Assembly (NCBI GenBank): GCA_010909165.1
Contig: MU008162.1
Location: forward strand, 248,001 to 312,000
Source: Anthoceros angustus
Lineage: Eukaryota > Plantae > Anthocerotophyta
Reading direction: 5' to 3'
DNA: 64,000 nucleotides
Positions within the stretch are counted from its first letter, which is position 1, and the number at the start of each line of letters is the position of its first letter. The notes below the pieces were generated by a model, which did not search any database, was not told where the DNA came from, and saw only the letters and a list, made by a program, of their open reading frames with translations. This document shows, one piece after another, positions 60,951 through 64,000 of this stretch. The position numbers and the translations under genes were made by a program.

Positions 60951-63501
60951 CTAGAAGATATTCTCTAGAAGATACACAAGTTTGTTATTTTTAGGGCACT
61001 CTTCATAACCTATTTTTAGGGCGTTCTTCATAACCTATTTGGTATATTGTACTAAATCATTTCTAACATTCCCTCTCAACATATTAAAATTATTCCCTTA
61101 GGCCTAGCATCTCGCTAAACCCAGCATGTTTGTCTAAAGTTAAGCCTTTGGTCTAAATATCTGCTGGCATGTTTCCTGTTGGACAATACTCTAGCACTAC
61201 CTTTGACATTTGATCTTCTCTGTAACAAAGTGATGTTTCACTTCGATGTGCTTGGTTCTAGCATGAAAAGTTGCATTCTTGGCTAAGAAGATTCAATCTT
61301 GATTGTCGTTGAAGATTGTTGTTGCTTCTTTTTGCTTGAATCCCATTTCTTCTAACAAGTTACGCAACCATATTGCCTCCATGATTGCAAAGCATGTTGC
61401 CATATATTCTACTTTGGTAGGGGATAAAGCCAGAGTAGGTTGTCTTCTACTATTCCAAGAAATGGCTCCGCCATTCAACATAAAACTCATATCCAGTTGT
61501 AAACTTCCGACTATCAACATCTCTTGCCCAGTTTGAAACGCAATATCCTACCACTTGGACTTCCTGCTGATGCTCCTATTGATACACCAAATTCCTATGC
61601 TTTGTACCATTCAAGTACCTCATTATCCTCTTTACGGCTTGAAAATGCTGTCGTCTAGGGTTAGCCATGAATTGACTTCCAACTCCTACTGCCTTTGCAA
61701 TGTCAAGCCTTGCCCATGTAGACAAATATGTGAGGCAACCAATAGCACACTCGTAGAGAGTTTTATCTACCTTTTCCTTTGCTTCTTCAGTTGTAGGAAT
61801 CATCTCTTTTGAGAGCTTCTCATTTAGCATCATTGGTGTCTTCACAGGCTTGCACTCTTGCATTTCAAAGAGCTTAAATACATTCTCAATATATGTCCTT
61901 TGGCTCAATTTTTTTTTCTAGTTAGCTCTGTCTCTCATTACTTCTATCCCTAGAAAGTAATGAAGTTCATCTAGATCTCTCATGTCAAAACCATCATAAA
62001 GACTCTTCTTCGTATTGTCTAAGAGTTCCAAATTATTGCAAACAAGCATCAGATCATGCATATAGACTATAATGATCATCATGGACTCTCCCACTCTCTT
62101 CAAATAGATGTTCCAACTTTCTTGAAATCTCTCGCTTGGAAGAACTTGTCAATCTTAACATACAAGGTAAGTGCAAATTGCTTATTAATAAAGCCATAGA
62201 TTGCCTTTAGCAATTTACATACCTCATTTTCCCGCCCTTACGCTTCATATCCTTCTGGCTGGTTCATGTAGATCTCTTCTTCCAAATCTCGATTTGGACA
62301 TCCATGTGATGTATATACCATGACTGATTTCATAACCATATGAAGGGAGGTTGCGGTCTATGTGCTCATATATGATGGTCGTTGTATGGGTCTTGCAGTA
62401 TTACCCTTTGGAGATAGCGTATGTCAAGTTCTCTTTAGACTCTCAGCTCATGGACCTACTTCCGAACAAGTGCTGAGCGAACATACTTTCATTCTCCCCC
62501 CTCCTAAGCAACTGAGAACACATTGCTAGACAAGAATCAGATGTAGGTGAGTTTGCTGCCCTGAGTATCTGTAAGAGATTGCAATGTTTGTCCACCTGAA
62601 GTATGCAAGGGACATTAATATGTGATGGTGTGCCTTGCAGCCAAGAAGTTAGAGCAAGCTGAAAGCCAACTACCACCTTCAGGGCGCATGGGTAGCTTCT
62701 TCACCGCTAAATCGTAAAATGCTGTGTCATCGTGCAGTCTTCTTGTACACATAAACATTCATATAGAAGTAATGTTAGTTGAGCTTGATCAGGTGAGAGT
62801 GTGATGCACCTTTAGAAATCTACTACCGGAACTGAACGCCTTTTCTTCTAGCACTTGTGTTCAATCTGATCGGAGAAGCGGGGAGAGGGAGGGACCTTTG
62901 CACGGTTTGCACCCTCAAGCATCATCTTGGTTGGCCAGCTTGTTGGCACGCAGACCAGATATACGGTGTAGGTGGCACACTCTTGAACATGTAACCCCAA
63001 ACCCCAGCCATCAATTTGCACACATGATGGCAAGCCGTTGCATCTGTATTCATCGAACAGGAGCGAACATCGAGGGCCTTCGTATGGGAGCCTGAGATAT
63101 CCAACAAAAATGTGCATGTGTGTTCTAGGTGAACATAAACATGTGTATATGTGTGAGAAAAACCCTAAACAGTAGGAAAAAAACCTGGATGACAACATCC
63201 GAACACCTGAGCCCAAGTTGTGAGACATTTGTACCGCATACGGCCTGTCATGCGATGATGTGGCCCGTGTAAGACGAAAGAATCTTGAAGATGCCGAGGC
63301 ATCTAAGTGTAGAATACTGGCAAAGAAAAAGTTGTCACACACAAGCTGCCTGACTTCAGTATTCCATAGATATTCTCTAAAAGATACATGAGTTTCTAGA
63401 AGATGTACAAAGTTTGTTAGTTTTAGAGCACTCTTCATAGCCTATCATATTTAGGGTCGTCATAATTTATTTTAATATATTGTACTAAATTATTTCTAAC
63501 A
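60950..63501 (-). mobile_element. Internally deleted Ty1/Copia LTR retrotransposon (RT-RNase H remnant, PPT, paired LTR starts)
   Basis: DMRDLDELHYFLGIEV, YECAIGCLTYL..RLDI, WNSRRQPTLALSPTKVEY. LTR blocks ending ..TGTACTAAAT.ATTTCTAACA at about 61067 and 63501. PPT-like TTGAGAGGGAA lies next to the left LTR. Confidence 0.85.
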
Positions 63502-64000
63502 AATGAAACGGCTGCTATGTTTGCCCTGAACGACCATGGTTTCCAAGCAATGGTGGCCGGTGCTGTGGGCTGAAACCTGGCATACCCTATGGGTCAATCG
63601 GACCAAGGTGGTCTACGCAGGAGAGAAACCCAACCACACAAGAAATGATGTCTTTGATCTACGAACTAAACCACATTGTACACGTAGACTGCTTGATGGC
63701 ATCACCTCCATATGCATCTCTTCCATGGCTGGCAATGAGAGAGGCTCTCCCTGCCCGAGGACTGAGAAAGGCTCATTCATCGGGCAGTCGTCACTAATTC
63801 GATCGTTTGTCACAATTCATGCTTCACAATCCGCGTGTCACAGTCTGTGCTTCACAATCCGCGCTCCTAGCTCCAGTGGATTGCTCGCTGGAGAGCACTT
63901 GCAACCATGGACTCGCTCCTGTAATCCATGTGGGGGAGCTCTGGGGAGCCACATGCAGCAGCTGCTATTGAGCAGGATGGCGGAGCTCGTCGAGGCTGTG

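Noticed and set aside
59816-60955. TCTAG as a TSD of the ORF1-only element
   Set aside because: A 5-bp match in TCTAG-rich LTR DNA, and the element's 5' boundary is undefined.
62848-63438. 196-codon ORF
   Set aside because: It lies in the LTR/leader of the Copia element and has no recognisable motif.

Overview
Compact plant nuclear DNA, very probably from a hornwort. This is inferred from an LCIB gene (among land plants known essentially only from hornworts), GRP-terminated DYW:KP PPR genes (lineages with U-to-C editing) and short ~60-150 bp introns. Apparently intact genes, in order: SET-domain (Rubisco LSMT-like) methyltransferase, PLS-class PPR with a DYW:KP/GRP deaminase-family domain, two divergent AT-rich bulb-type lectins, CASP-like protein, ASY1, class III peroxidase with a long Pro-rich tail, plastid RPL31, SDHAF2, ATL-like RING-H2, CKI1-like hybrid histidine kinase, FCF1/UTP24 and LCIB. 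They are interspersed with pseudogenes and fragments (two more GRP-type PPR remnants, WAK-like kinase, Ku80 exons, ATL copies) and retroelement debris (Copia, Gypsy, an RLE/CRE-like LINE, ORF1-only LINE derivatives). Strongest leads: (1) the putative U-to-C editing PPR, and its decayed paralog, carries an N-terminal OSB-type PDF ssDNA-binding motif; (2) LCIB has a single predicted membrane anchor; (3) an RLE-clade LINE insertion shows a twin-priming inversion with a 17-bp target-site duplication; (4) a minisatellite built from scrambled SDHAF2 exon 1 sits inside a RING-ligase gene; (5) three LINE 3' ends keep a wobble-conserved hairpin and have different microsatellite tails. No rRNA, tRNA or CRISPR array was seen. 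All assignments come from manual motif recognition; no searches were run.
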